Shown: positions 34,956 to 45,235 of the stretch, one piece after another
How positions within the stretch are numbered: position 1 is the stretch's first letter
Layout: each line of letters begins with the position of its first letter
IMG/VR virus record: IMGVR_UViG_3300038530_003085
Coordinates: 64,001 to 128,000 of that record
DNA length: 64,000 nt
DNA from: a virus
Taxonomy: Duplodnaviria; Caudoviricetes
Reading direction: 5' to 3' (one strand)
Made by a program: the position numbers and the translations under genes
The notes under the pieces: model-generated
Told to the model about the DNA's origin: nothing
Database searches by the model: none
The model's input: only the letters and a program-made list of their open reading frames with translations

Positions 34956-37910
34956 TTAGTCGTCAAAAGACGCTCCAGTTGATGCAACAACGAAGTCGAT
35001 TGCAATAAATTCAATCGCACGTGCTGGCTTAACCATGATCTTCGCATAAAGAATATTCTGATCAACGAGATCGGGGGTAGTAGTCGATTCATCAAGAATT
35101 AACTTGTAGTCCGAGATACCAAAGTTGGTCTTAACGTTTGCCAAGAATGGCTCAACAAGACCCTTGAATCTGTTCCAAGTTGTGGGAACATTTTGTTCAA
35201 AAAGAATTTGAGAAGAGATAATCGAGATCTGCTTCTTCAAGTAGATTACAAGTCTGCGAACATTAATTCTGTCAAGTGCGCTTTGACGCTCTTGTAATGT
35301 CTTCTGACCAAATACTACGATTCCAGTCGATGGGAACGAGGCGATTGGGTTGATATTAGAATCATACAACACATCTCTTTCCTTAGAAGTTAACTTAGCT
35401 GTGACACCAAGAATTGGTAATCCTGCAGCACCCTCAGTGAGTCCACCGCGGTTAAAGCCGGCTGGTGCAAACCAGAGGTGCGACTTGCGCTCAGACGAGG
35501 CGAGAACACCCATCATGGCTACGGAAGGTGGAATCCAAAGCAACTGTCCGTTAGCATCTTCGCGTGTTTGAACCCAAGGATAGAAAGTTGCACCATAGGA
35601 AGAATCAATTGCTCTGTTCTTCAAGTTGGTGGCCAACTGTGTTGGGGTGTTAGGAATGCGTGATGGCTTTGTTTTTCTTGTGGAATACTCACCTTCTGCG
35701 AATGGTAAGTATGCGTTTTCAAGATCAATAAGTGCCATTGCATCACCTCTATCTTCACAGACACTAATCATTCTCCTTGTCAATGAATCAGTAGTAATAC
35801 CGGGTGCAGTTAACAAGTTGATATCAACAAACTCGGGATCTGCTAATGTATCAATTGCTCTAAGAAGCGTGTAGTATGTGTAGCTGTTCTGCTCAGTTGC
35901 GGCAGCGCCTCTACCATTGTTGAAGAATGGGTCAGGCTTGGTAATATCAAGTCCGTCAAATCCACCCCAGAATGGCGCTGTGAACTTATCGTAACCTGCT
36001 TCGAGTGCGGCCACATACGACGCAGATGTAATTGAGCGACCACCACGACCGTCAGAGCCTCTAGAGCCAGAATCGTAATAAGCTCCGTTATCACCCAAGA
36101 CGATATCATCCAAGGTGAAGACGTATGAATAAGGGTCGATACCAGTCGTAGATGACTCAAGAGGATCATCAGGAATAGAATTATTCAAGAGTCTGTTGAC
36201 CATACGTGTGCTCGGGTCGAATCTATCAGAACCACTGGTTTGAGTAGTTTGGATACCGAAGTAGGTGCTTTCCGAAGACAATGCGCCAGCCGATGCCGAG
36301 ACTCTAAGTCTAAGATCAGGATATCTTAAAGAAGCTGTAATTGCGGCTTGCCCTTCATCAGTTCCTTTAAGTGCAAATCCACCAGATAAGTGATACTTTG
36401 CAGGCGAGCCAATGCCATCGCCGTTTAAGAAGAAGTATTGATTAGGCGTTGAAGGTGCATTTGGTGGTGTTTCATCAGATGCGTGTCCAAAGATGGTAAC
36501 CTTGCCTTCACTGTATCTAGGCGGCCCATAGAAGCCGAATGGAAGAAGAAGTGGATCAGTAGCTGCGGCTTCGACATCAGGGTTCATCTCAACATAAACA
36601 AACTTAGACTGATTTGCATATTCGCCGTATAACCTAAGTCTACGTTCATGATTATTCCACTCAAAGAATTGATCACCAATCTTTCTCGCAACAAAGTTTG
36701 GAGACGCTGGATCTAAAGTACACTTATCAAATCTTTCAACAACTTGAACTGCACCATCAGAATCGCTAATCATTCTCAATACTACAGAGAAAGTTCCGTA
36801 CTCTGTTGTAGAAGTAGTGGACTGCAAGATGTTCTCAATTGAAACTTTTAAGTTCCGGTTAATGTATTCACCGTGACCTCGACCTTTAAGTCGGAACAAT
36901 CTTTGAGGTGCAAGATTACCACCGGGAACTTGTAAATCTTGACTGATAAACCAACCAGCCTTAGCTTCTGTGGCTCCCTTGGCTGCAACGTCCTTCATAT
37001 TCGCAGGAGTATTAGAATCAGGGTTGGTTCCACTCAAAGCGACTACTCCAATAAATCCGACAAGTGTGGTACTACCTAACTGATCACCAGTGATGTCTCT
37101 TGCTTCTTGCTCGTATGTTTCACCAAGCCAGTAATCTCTTTCAACACTTGTGGGGTAGAAGTTACCATCTTTTACAATTGTTGGGTTGGTGTTGAAAACC
37201 TTACGAATATAATTTCTGTTGTTTGGATCGAGAGAGAATGGAATCTCTTCTACGACATCTGTAGAACCAGTAATAATTCTAGCAGTAAACAATCCATTAC
37301 CATCGGACACAATCGGCATACCAAAGGAAGAAGTAGTTCCTAAAGCTGGTGCGCGTCCGGTCTCGGTACCGTAAACTGTACCAGATAATTCGATACGACT
37401 ATCTTGAAGATACCACACAGCAGCTAAAGAGGCAGTTGCTTGAGTTCCTAAACCACCGCCCGACGCGGCGTCAAAAGACGATGAGGGTGCGATGAACAAT
37501 CCGAAAGCTCCTCCACCATCACCGGTGCCGGCACGGTTTTTAGTTCTCCAGCCTGCCAAAGCATCTGCTTCCTCTTCAGCCTCAGGATGTTGATGTCCTA
37601 AAAGTCTCATGTATGTTAAAGGTGCAACGTTGGGTCGTAAGAATGCTTTGGCAGCATATGTTCCGTACATAGGCGAAAGATAATTTCCATCACGGTAGAC
37701 ATCGCCACCTGAGCGGCCGGCGACTGTTTCGCCAAAGTTTTCAACGAATTGAGAATAAGACTCTACTCTGACTGGCTGCATAGAGATACCTCTCTTTGCG
37801 CGGCCAATAACTGCAGGGCCTATTGTATCTGCAGAGCGGGGGATAAACGAGTTATCAATTTCATTAATAAAAACTCCCGGGGATACAAATTTAAATTTCT
37901 TTACTGACAT
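34956..37910 (-). CDS. Tail sheath protein (gp18-like)
   Basis: FVSPGVFINEID, WFAPAGFNRG, INPIASF, GQKTLQ, LDRINVRRL, KPARAIEFI. Confidence 0.95.
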   Translation of the reverse strand: MSVKKFKFVSPGVFINEIDNSFIPRSADTIGPAVIGRAKRGISMQPVRVESYSQFVENFGETVAGRSGGDVYRDGNYLSPMYGTYAAKAFLRPNVAPLTYMRLLGHQHPEAEEEADALAGWRTKNRAGTGDGGGAFGLFIAPSSSFDAASGGGLGTQATASLAAVWYLQDSRIELSGTVYGTETGRAPALGTTSSFGMPIVSDGNGLFTARIITGSTDVVEEIPFSLDPNNRNYIRKVFNTNPTIVKDGNFYPTSVERDYWLGETYEQEARDITGDQLGSTTLVGFIGVVALSGTNPDSNTPANMKDVAAKGATEAKAGWFISQDLQVPGGNLAPQRLFRLKGRGHGEYINRNLKVSIENILQSTTSTTEYGTFSVVLRMISDSDGAVQVVERFDKCTLDPASPNFVARKIGDQFFEWNNHERRLRLYGEYANQSKFVYVEMNPDVEAAATDPLLLPFGFYGPPRYSEGKVTIFGHASDETPPNAPSTPNQYFFLNGDGIGSPAKYHLSGGFALKGTDEGQAAITASLRYPDLRLRVSASAGALSSESTYFGIQTTQTSGSDRFDPSTRMVNRLLNNSIPDDPLESSTTGIDPYSYVFTLDDIVLGDNGAYYDSGSRGSDGRGGRSITSASYVAALEAGYDKFTAPFWGGFDGLDITKPDPFFNNGRGAAATEQNSYTYYTLLRAIDTLADPEFVDINLLTAPGITTDSLTRRMISVCEDRGDAMALIDLENAYLPFAEGEYSTRKTKPSRIPNTPTQLATNLKNRAIDSSYGATFYPWVQTREDANGQLLWIPPSVAMMGVLASSERKSHLWFAPAGFNRGGLTEGAAGLPILGVTAKLTSKERDVLYDSNINPIASFPSTGIVVFGQKTLQERQSALDRINVRRLVIYLKKQISIISSQILFEQNVPTTWNRFKGLVEPFLANVKTNFGISDYKLILDESTTTPDLVDQNILYAKIMVKPARAIEFIAIDFVVASTGASFDD

Positions 37911-37966
37911 AGTGTTGCTTTCCTTCTTTAGAATGAATTTGTCATAATGACGGGTATATCATAACT

Positions 37967-37974
37967 TAAATAGT
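37967..37974 (-). promoter_or_regulatory. Putative late promoter motif ACTATTTA (sheath)
   Basis: Recurrent intergenic motif. Confidence 0.65.
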
Positions 37975-38029
37975 ATTTCTATCTTCAAAAGGAGGAAGAG
38001 AAACGACAAAATAACGTTCAGTTCCTGAT

Positions 38030-38905
38030 TTAATCTTCAAAAAAGCTGGCTTCCCCCGGAAATGGCTCAGACTCTCTTGGAAAAGTTACCTCAACAAAGT
38101 TTTCCTCAACCCTTACTAATTCTCTATCATCATTGGGGCCTTCGCCTATTAGGTAACCTAAAACTCGTATAACTATATCGGTTTGAAACATTCTTACTTC
38201 TTCGTTTAAAGTCGCAACATTATTGTTGTGGGCAAAGCTTTGATCTATAAATGCCTCGTAAATGTGTCCATTTCTTCTTAACAAAAACGAATTAATTTGT
38301 CCAGTCCTTGCGATAAAAGGTTGCATTAATGAATTCATCTGTTGTTGGTACTCAGAACGAATAGTTATTTTGTATTCTAAATTAACATATACAGGAATAG
38401 GAATGGACAAGGTTTGAATTACAACTTTGTGATTTACTCTCGGAAAGTTTTGCTGTATCTTACCTGAGTTATATGAACGTGTTCCTGAAGCAACAGCAAA
38501 GTTTCTAGTCTTATCTTGCTTGATTTTCTTAGCAATCACCATTCTTCCGCTTCGGCCATTGCCTTTATCAGAAAAAAGATGGGCTTGAAATGATCCTTTG
38601 GCAGCAGGATCCTTAACAATTCCTGTTCTTTCAATGCTGACAACAGGCAAGATAATAGAACCTTCGTCATCTCTTAACGAACGATCATTCTTGACTTGGA
38701 ATGAACGCTCTGGTGATTGCCAGAATACTGGCACTTTTGTATACCCAGCATTTGTTTTAGCTATTAATTCAAGATCTTCCTTGAGCCAAGAAACAATTGA
38801 GTAATCTATATCTTCTATAGACGAGCCAAGCATTCCGATCTCTTTTAGTGTAAATCTGTCTTTGGTTGGTGGTAATTGTGCAAAATCAAAGTTATCAGGT
38901 AGCAT
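38030..38905 (-). CDS. Tail completion/sheath terminator (gp15-like)
   Basis: Located between neck and sheath; LPVVSIER, PVYVNLEY; start re-called at ATG 38905. Confidence 0.6.
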   Translation of the reverse strand: MLPDNFDFAQLPPTKDRFTLKEIGMLGSSIEDIDYSIVSWLKEDLELIAKTNAGYTKVPVFWQSPERSFQVKNDRSLRDDEGSIILPVVSIERTGIVKDPAAKGSFQAHLFSDKGNGRSGRMVIAKKIKQDKTRNFAVASGTRSYNSGKIQQNFPRVNHKVVIQTLSIPIPVYVNLEYKITIRSEYQQQMNSLMQPFIARTGQINSFLLRRNGHIYEAFIDQSFAHNNNVATLNEEVRMFQTDIVIRVLGYLIGEGPNDDRELVRVEENFVEVTFPRESEPFPGEASFFED

Positions 38906-39383
38906 CGAATAATCCTCTTCTAGCACGCTTGCAGATTGCCATTGTCTCAAACGTGTGTTCAACTTGACCAAAAAGTTTTCTTGGTGACGTTAACTTAACT
39001 ATCTCGTAATATAAATCTCCGTATAAAACAAAATCACCTTGTCGAACAAAAACATCCTGATCATCAGTCAAACGTCTTTCGTGAAAATATACGTTAATCA
39101 TTGCATTCGCATCTACACCAACGCCTTCAAGATATGATGTAGTCTCTTCTTCAACATTAACAAGAGCATATATTCTTATTGGTGGTAAGAATGTTTTTTC
39201 CACAGCCTCACCATACATATCATGAAAGTCAGTTCTTTCTATGTCGATAGAATAGTATAGAATCTGCTGTCCAATGACTTTTTCAATTAATTCATCATTG
39301 ACTTGCTTAACAAGGTCTCTCTCCTTCTTACCCAGAAAGAGAGGTGGTGGCGGCTGCTCTGGTCTGTTCCATTCATCTGCCAT
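38895..39383 (-). CDS. Head closure/neck protein (gp14-like)
   Basis: GQQILYY...MYGEA..K.F...GDFVLYGDLYYEI; position in the neck module. Confidence 0.7.
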   Translation of the reverse strand: MADEWNRPEQPPPPLFLGKKERDLVKQVNDELIEKVIGQQILYYSIDIERTDFHDMYGEAVEKTFLPPIRIYALVNVEEETTSYLEGVGVDANAMINVYFHERRLTDDQDVFVRQGDFVLYGDLYYEIVKLTSPRKLFGQVEHTFETMAICKRARRGLFDAT

Positions 39384-39388
39384 CTACT

Positions 39389-40663
39389 TTACCCTACAAA
39401 AATTGGTAATGGAGAAGATTTGAAAACTGTCTCTGTTGCTGCAGCAGACTCGGCATCGTATTTAACAAGCTCTTTGTATTCGACCTCTTTAAGCATCTCC
39501 ATCAATTTGTCCTTAAGTTGTTGCTGCTCATCTTTAGCTTGAGCTAAGAGTTCACTGTGGTTTAACGTTACACTTTCACCCGGAATAGGAATAGTAGTAA
39601 ATTTACCTCTAATTTGTCCAAGCATTTCTTTGCACAATGCTAGCGCATATTTTCTAATCCATTGTTTACCTATTGAATTTATATTCTCAAATGGTATGTT
39701 GCCAAATGGCAGAGTGTTGATATTGTTTATACCATCGACACCATCATCATAACCAGAGTTAGATTCAAATACATTCTGATCATCAATGTAAAACCTAAAC
39801 CACATAGTCTTAATAGAATCAAATCCGTAATCACCGGGTCTTGGATATATTCTTAACTTGTTGTCTATGATCTCGTAAGAAAAATGAGATGTTCTTGTAT
39901 AGATTGAGTCCTCATACATTATAGCTTGCATCTTGTTTTGCCACGTAGGCACAATTTCAAATGTAGAATCATCTGCAAACTGTCCATATGTTGAATAGTT
40001 ACCAATAACATTGATACCACCATAATAACCAAAGAATCGCCACATTGCTCTTGGCGTTTTGAAGAAGACTTTGTTAACAATAATTCTTTTATTTTCTACT
40101 TTGCCTGCAAATGGAACTACATTCCCATTATCATCAACACCATTTGTTGATTGTGTTTCTAAAATTTGCTGCAAGTCATAATCTTGTTGACCGCTAACTG
40201 AATTAAACGATGCGGAGTATTGTTGAATAGTTCCACCAAAACCAGCCATTGCAGCCATAGAGTCGCCAATTCTTCTTTCCTGTTGTGCTTGAAATCTTGG
40301 ATACTTCATGCTTGCACTAACAGGACCAGACATTCTATTACCATTGTGATCAAATGTACCCGTTACATTTCCAAGTGCATTCGAGATACTGTTTTTACTT
40401 TGATGAAGGTTTACAATATAAGAGTACTCTAGTACAGCCTCTTCATATGCAGCATAAACATTGTCTGTTGTTAGTTCTATATCGACAACGTCGCCACCAA
40501 GCTTTTTATATGTATAAGCTACTTGGTCAGATGCGCCACTTAAAAATTCAATTGAGCCAGTGTAAATACCAAACGGAACTGCGGATGCGACATCATCAGT
40601 AGAACCAGTGGACGTTAAGACAATGGCGCTTTGTTGAGATTTAGGATTTAAATTTGTTGGCAT
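39389..40663 (-). CDS. Neck protein (gp13-like adaptor)
   Basis: KLGGDVVDIEL, WIRKYALALCKEMLGQIRGKF..IPIPG..VTLN, ends PLPIFVG. Confidence 0.8.
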   Translation of the reverse strand: MPTNLNPKSQQSAIVLTSTGSTDDVASAVPFGIYTGSIEFLSGASDQVAYTYKKLGGDVVDIELTTDNVYAAYEEAVLEYSYIVNLHQSKNSISNALGNVTGTFDHNGNRMSGPVSASMKYPRFQAQQERRIGDSMAAMAGFGGTIQQYSASFNSVSGQQDYDLQQILETQSTNGVDDNGNVVPFAGKVENKRIIVNKVFFKTPRAMWRFFGYYGGINVIGNYSTYGQFADDSTFEIVPTWQNKMQAIMYEDSIYTRTSHFSYEIIDNKLRIYPRPGDYGFDSIKTMWFRFYIDDQNVFESNSGYDDGVDGINNINTLPFGNIPFENINSIGKQWIRKYALALCKEMLGQIRGKFTTIPIPGESVTLNHSELLAQAKDEQQQLKDKLMEMLKEVEYKELVKYDAESAAATETVFKSSPLPIFVG

Positions 40664-40733
40664 TGATTAGGTTCCTCAAATTAATTAGTAAAGAGGCAAT
40701 CAATGACCACCTTTAAAATACATAAGTTTTAAA

Positions 40734-41039
40734 CTATTCAGTTGTTTGTTTCTTCTGAGTAGTTTTCTTGGTAGTCTTTCTGGTTCGCGTTTTTCTAGTT
40801 TTACTAGTTGTTTTGGTAGTAGTCTCTTTAACCTTAACACCTGCAGAGCCTGCAGTTTTAACAACGGTCTGCTCAACTGTATTCACTTTAGCAACTATCG
40901 GAGTTGAAATTGTCTCCTCAACTATTGTTGCAGGTTCTTCATCAGTGCTTGATACGCTATTAATTGCTTTTAACACTGGATGATTAGAATGCTTTGCATT
41001 GAATTTTTGACTAATACGAAGTCTGCGTTTTTTGCCCAT
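40734..41039 (-). CDS. Basic Thr/Lys-rich hypothetical protein
   Basis: GGAGG SD and own late-type promoter motif; low-complexity K/T tail. Confidence 0.7.
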   Translation of the reverse strand: MGKKRRLRISQKFNAKHSNHPVLKAINSVSSTDEEPATIVEETISTPIVAKVNTVEQTVVKTAGSAGVKVKETTTKTTSKTRKTRTRKTTKKTTQKKQTTE

Positions 41040-41085
41040 TATGGCCTCCTGTTAGTAGTAAATAGTATCAAAATATTTAAAAAGT

Positions 41086-41116
41086 AAAACCCCCCAACCC
41101 GAAAGGGAAGGGGGGC
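41086..41116 (-). terminator. Rho-independent terminator
   Basis: CCCCCCttCCC-TTTC-GGGttGGGGGG followed by TTTT. Confidence 0.8.
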
Positions 41117-41137
41117 AAAATTTAAAAGTTTAATTTA

Positions 41138-41671
41138 TTAAACAACAGTGATGTACTTGACGTAGAACCTTACAGCACCAGCAGTAATGTTGTTAGCGCT
41201 AATTGTGATTGCACCATATACATTTCTAGCTGAGGCGCTAAACGCTGAGTCAGCGACAAGCGCTAGCGCCGTTGCGCCGCCAAGAGCCGCTTGAGTGACT
41301 GGGTTAGAGCTATTGCCCTTTCCAACCGCCAATGCAGCGCCCGAAGAAGCTCGGATAGAATCATCATCATCAGCAACGATTTCTTCGCCTGCGGCTTGGG
41401 TACCAAATGTGGCACCAAGTTTTGCCGCGCCGCTCAAAGTGAATTGAGTTGTCACAACCAGACCAACCTCAGTAATAATAGAATTAGCGGGAATAGAGAT
41501 TCCTGATGTATCTCCAAATCCACCGGTTCCATCTGCAGAGATTTCGTCAGAGTAAGCAGCCATCTCAACTCCCTTAGTGGCAGTGAGTCTTGTGCCATTC
41601 ATTGTTAACTCTCTTCTTAAATTTTCAATCAAAGCCTCAATTCTTGCGAGACCAACTCTTTTACTTCCCAT
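41138..41671 (-). CDS. Putative capsid decoration/minor head protein
   Basis: Directly after MCP; IPANSIITEV..V...F...G beta-rich pattern ending VRFYVKY. Confidence 0.6.
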   Translation of the reverse strand: MGSKRVGLARIEALIENLRRELTMNGTRLTATKGVEMAAYSDEISADGTGGFGDTSGISIPANSIITEVGLVVTTQFTLSGAAKLGATFGTQAAGEEIVADDDDSIRASSGAALAVGKGNSSNPVTQAALGGATALALVADSAFSASARNVYGAITISANNITAGAVRFYVKYITVV

Positions 41672-41761
41672 GTTTAAAACCCTCCATTTATAATCATGTC
41701 AAAAACATAATAGGAAAGACTACTGTTGTAGCCTTGTCTATAAGTAGTTTTAAGATACAGG

Positions 41762-41788
41762 AAAGCCCTCGTTAAAAACGAGGGCTTT
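41762..41788 (-). terminator. Terminator hairpin after the major capsid gene
   Basis: Perfect inverted repeat AAAGCCCTCGTT-aaa-AACGAGGGCTTT. Confidence 0.8.
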
Positions 41789-41812
41789 GCACTGTGACTA
41801 ACTAGCTAGCTA

Positions 41813-43624
41813 TTAAGCTTTAGCGCCAGACTCACCTAAGAGACCACGGCAGATAACTAACCCGTAAAGATCTGGACGAACCATCTTCTTCGCGTAACGG
41901 GTCATGACACCCTTACGTGGCACGAAGTCTTCAGGTCCGAAGATCGTAGGAGTAGTTTGGAGTGGTACGTATGGTGCGTACACATAACCACTTTCAAGGA
42001 AAGAGGTACCGCGACGACCAACAAGAATCACGTTACGCAAGAAGTAAGGATCGACGTAAACATCGAACTTCTTAGTAAGTGCTCCGATTCTCACAGCACC
42101 AACGGAACCACGCTCATCATCAGCAGTGACGGAAGCACGGAAACCAGCGGTGAACTCAAGGATGTTCGCAACTTCAGGTCCGCAGACGATGAAGTTAGCG
42201 CCACCACGAAGAGTCTTGCGGTGAATTTGAGCAGAAACATCGTTAATGGTTTCAACGAGGGTTTCATACCATTCCGAAACAGTACCGGTGAAATCGGGAG
42301 CAGCCGAAGCAGCACCAACTTCTTGACCAGTTTCACGGTTAAGGAACATACCGGGCGAACGAGACCAGTAGAATGTACCAGCAGTTGCACCGCGGACGAG
42401 ATCTTCAAGAATCTCACGATCAATCTCAAGAGCAATTTGCTCCGAAAGGATCGAGGTCAACTCAACTTCTGCGTCAAGGTTGTGGTAGGCGTTAAGGTCT
42501 TGACCTAACTCCGGTGTCCACTTAGCCTTGAGCTTCTTGGTAGCTGCGGTAACAGCAACCGAGTCAACCTTAATGTTGATTTCGGGAATATCTTCATTTC
42601 CTTCCAAGCCCCAAGTTGCATCACCAATAACCGAACCAAGTGAACCACCATTTTGGAAGTCATCCTTAATGTGGAACTCGTAGTCAACGTGAGACGCTGC
42701 AGCACCAGTGAGTGCACCCAAAAGCGAATCTTGGTCACCGTTATCAAGAAGAACGGAACCAGAAGCTTGGGCAAGAACAAGAGTAATCTTGTAGTTTGCA
42801 GTAGCGGGATCTTGCGATGTAGAACCAGAGGAAACCGAAGTCAAGCGACGAACGATTTTAGCTGTGTTCTTAATGTCATCCGAAGTACCGGCACCAAGCT
42901 GAATGGTAACTAAGTTATCAACTGCTAATTGTTCAAATTGGGTTGAACCAGTTTGCTCGACAACAGCAACCAATGTACCAGAAAGATCTGGATCGTATTG
43001 GGTAAGGCTGTCAAGAGTTGCCTGATCAGCAGCGCTGAGTGGTGCAGCACCTTCTCCAGCGACAGCACCAGCGGTACCCGAAGCAATGAGAACAAGATCT
43101 GCAGTTGCACAACGAACAGCAGAGCCGGTTGGCGATGCGTACCCATTGTTAAGTCCGTAAGGACCTGCTTCAGCGTTGTCACCGGTTAAGCTGATACCAC
43201 CAGTGATTTGCGAACCAACAACACCGCCGCCGTAGAACGACGAATCAGCAGCGTAACCCGGCTTTGCAGGGGTTGGGCGCAAGCTATCGACAGTAAAGTC
43301 GAGGAAGAAAATGAGACCCGATGGGAGACTCATAGGTTGAACGGCGACGAGATCGTTGGCAATGAGGCCAGCGAAAACGCGACGAACAATTGGGAAAGCT
43401 ACGGCAGCGAAACCTTCAACATCGCCACCAGCCATAGAAGAACTCTCGCGGAGTAATTCCTTTGCTTGGTTTTCAAGCAATCGTGCCATGTTCTTGCGAG
43501 AAACATCAGTTTCAAGTCCCTCAAGAAGTCCGGTCTTCTCCCACTTGGAAAGAAGAGCATGACCTTCGGCACGCATATCACGATTGACAACACCTTCGGT
43601 CAATCTTTCGATAATGCTAGACAT
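41813..43624 (-). CDS. Major capsid protein (T4 gp23 family)
   Basis: KWEKTGLLEG, LLENQ, FPIVRR, VQPMSLPSGLIF, KLKAKWTPELGQDL.AYH, EIDREI, YAPYVPL, MTRY. Confidence 0.97.
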   Translation of the reverse strand: MSSIIERLTEGVVNRDMRAEGHALLSKWEKTGLLEGLETDVSRKNMARLLENQAKELLRESSSMAGGDVEGFAAVAFPIVRRVFAGLIANDLVAVQPMSLPSGLIFFLDFTVDSLRPTPAKPGYAADSSFYGGGVVGSQITGGISLTGDNAEAGPYGLNNGYASPTGSAVRCATADLVLIASGTAGAVAGEGAAPLSAADQATLDSLTQYDPDLSGTLVAVVEQTGSTQFEQLAVDNLVTIQLGAGTSDDIKNTAKIVRRLTSVSSGSTSQDPATANYKITLVLAQASGSVLLDNGDQDSLLGALTGAAASHVDYEFHIKDDFQNGGSLGSVIGDATWGLEGNEDIPEINIKVDSVAVTAATKKLKAKWTPELGQDLNAYHNLDAEVELTSILSEQIALEIDREILEDLVRGATAGTFYWSRSPGMFLNRETGQEVGAASAAPDFTGTVSEWYETLVETINDVSAQIHRKTLRGGANFIVCGPEVANILEFTAGFRASVTADDERGSVGAVRIGALTKKFDVYVDPYFLRNVILVGRRGTSFLESGYVYAPYVPLQTTPTIFGPEDFVPRKGVMTRYAKKMVRPDLYGLVICRGLLGESGAKA

Positions 43625-43651
43625 AATTTATCACCTCCTTTTATATATGAT

Positions 43652-45142
43652 TTATTTTATTCCAGCTAGTCTTCTCATACGATCCGCAAAAGGATCCTGA
43701 GAAGTTGCTTTGGTCTCTTTACGAGACGCGGTTAATACAGAAGATCTATTACTTATTGCTTCGCTAAGTGATTGTGGGCTTCGCTTAGGCTTGGCCTCCA
43801 CTGTGCTTTGAAGCGTTTCATAGATTGTTTTTGCTTCTGTGACAGAACCAGCACCGGAAATTGCTTCGACAATTTTATCTTTTTGTCGCTCATTTAAGGA
43901 GGAATTTCTTAATACACGGTTCGTATAAAGTAGTCTTGCATTGGAAAGATTAACGTCAAATAAGTTTTCCTTTAATCCTTCAATCGTAGACTGATAGGTT
44001 GCTAACTCTTCTTTTAAGTTCTCATTATCGGTGAGCACTTCTTGAAGTTGTGTGTTAGACTCATTAAGTTCTTCTTGCTCTTCTTCAAGCGCAGCATCAT
44101 CTTCGCTTTCGGTTGAGGCTTCGTGAGCAAGCTCCCTTTCTTGCTCGTGTTTTAATTGGGAAGTGGGGCGGCCGGCCCAGCCGGATAACTCTGCACCCAT
44201 ATCTGCAGTGAGCTTTTCCATTACTGCATCAAATAATCTTTCTTCAAGCGGCTTTGCATCGCGAGTGCGGCGAACGGCGGGGCCGATTTCGTGATTTCTA
44301 ATTGTTTTTATGTGTGCGAGTTCTTCATTCTCAAGCATGTCTACGATTTGCCCAATTATGTTTCGATCGATTTGGCCTTGAGCGGGGGTGAGTCCGAGTG
44401 CCTTAGCAACCATGAATGCGATTTGCGCTGTACCGGTCTGACCAAAGACTTTGCCAATGGGATTCCTCATTTGATCTGCTGCTTTATCTAGTACACTTGG
44501 CAACACCCTATCAATGTCATAGCCATCAAAGCCGGCTGGTTGTTGTTCAGACACCGTACCTACTTGAACTTCCTCATTTGTTCTCTTCTTGGCTACGTGT
44601 TTACGAAGTTGCGGTGGAACTTTACTTAAATCTTTGTCATCCTTGTCATCGTCATCACCTTCTTTAGCTTCTTTATCCTTTTGAGCTTTTGTAATCGGCT
44701 CATCTCTATCACCATCACCATCTACATCAGGGAAGTCTGGCTTTTCATCTTCTTCGAGTGTTAAATCAACTTCTTCATCAAGTTCGTTTGAGAGTGCTTC
44801 AATTGCTTCTTGTAAAGCGCCTAAGTCAAGAGTCACTTCCACATCTTCACCTTCAGACTGTAAAGAGTCGAGATTGACACCATCATTCTCTGCCAAGCCG
44901 TCTGTAGCGGCAAGAGGCACGTCATCACTCTGCTGCTCTACTACATCTTCACCATTTGCTTGAGTTGCCTCTTCAGCGGCTGGTGCACCCAAGCCTAAAT
45001 CTTCTTCTTGCTCCAATAAGCTTTCAAGTGTTTTCTTTACCTCTTCGGCATACTTTTCAATAACAACAGATTCAGCATTTTTGAGTGCTGATTCGCGAAG
45101 TGCTTTTGCATCCACGATGGATTCGTTAAGAAGATTAGACAT
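43652..45142 (-). CDS. Prohead scaffold/core protein (gp22-like)
   Basis: Very acidic coiled coil directly upstream of MCP; many LxE sites; NARLLYTN; ends RMRRLAGIK. Confidence 0.8.
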   Translation of the reverse strand: MSNLLNESIVDAKALRESALKNAESVVIEKYAEEVKKTLESLLEQEEDLGLGAPAAEEATQANGEDVVEQQSDDVPLAATDGLAENDGVNLDSLQSEGEDVEVTLDLGALQEAIEALSNELDEEVDLTLEEDEKPDFPDVDGDGDRDEPITKAQKDKEAKEGDDDDKDDKDLSKVPPQLRKHVAKKRTNEEVQVGTVSEQQPAGFDGYDIDRVLPSVLDKAADQMRNPIGKVFGQTGTAQIAFMVAKALGLTPAQGQIDRNIIGQIVDMLENEELAHIKTIRNHEIGPAVRRTRDAKPLEERLFDAVMEKLTADMGAELSGWAGRPTSQLKHEQERELAHEASTESEDDAALEEEQEELNESNTQLQEVLTDNENLKEELATYQSTIEGLKENLFDVNLSNARLLYTNRVLRNSSLNERQKDKIVEAISGAGSVTEAKTIYETLQSTVEAKPKRSPQSLSEAISNRSSVLTASRKETKATSQDPFADRMRRLAGIK

Positions 45143-45175
45143 GAATTTACTCCTAAATTGACAATAATTCAGAAA

Positions 45176-45183
45176 TAAATAGT
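45176..45183 (-). promoter_or_regulatory. Putative late promoter motif ACTATTTA (scaffold-MCP)
   Basis: Recurrent intergenic motif. Confidence 0.65.
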
Positions 45184-45235
45184 ATTATTATGGACGGAAA
45201 GCCATTTTAATCATTCATTATTTATTAACTAACTG

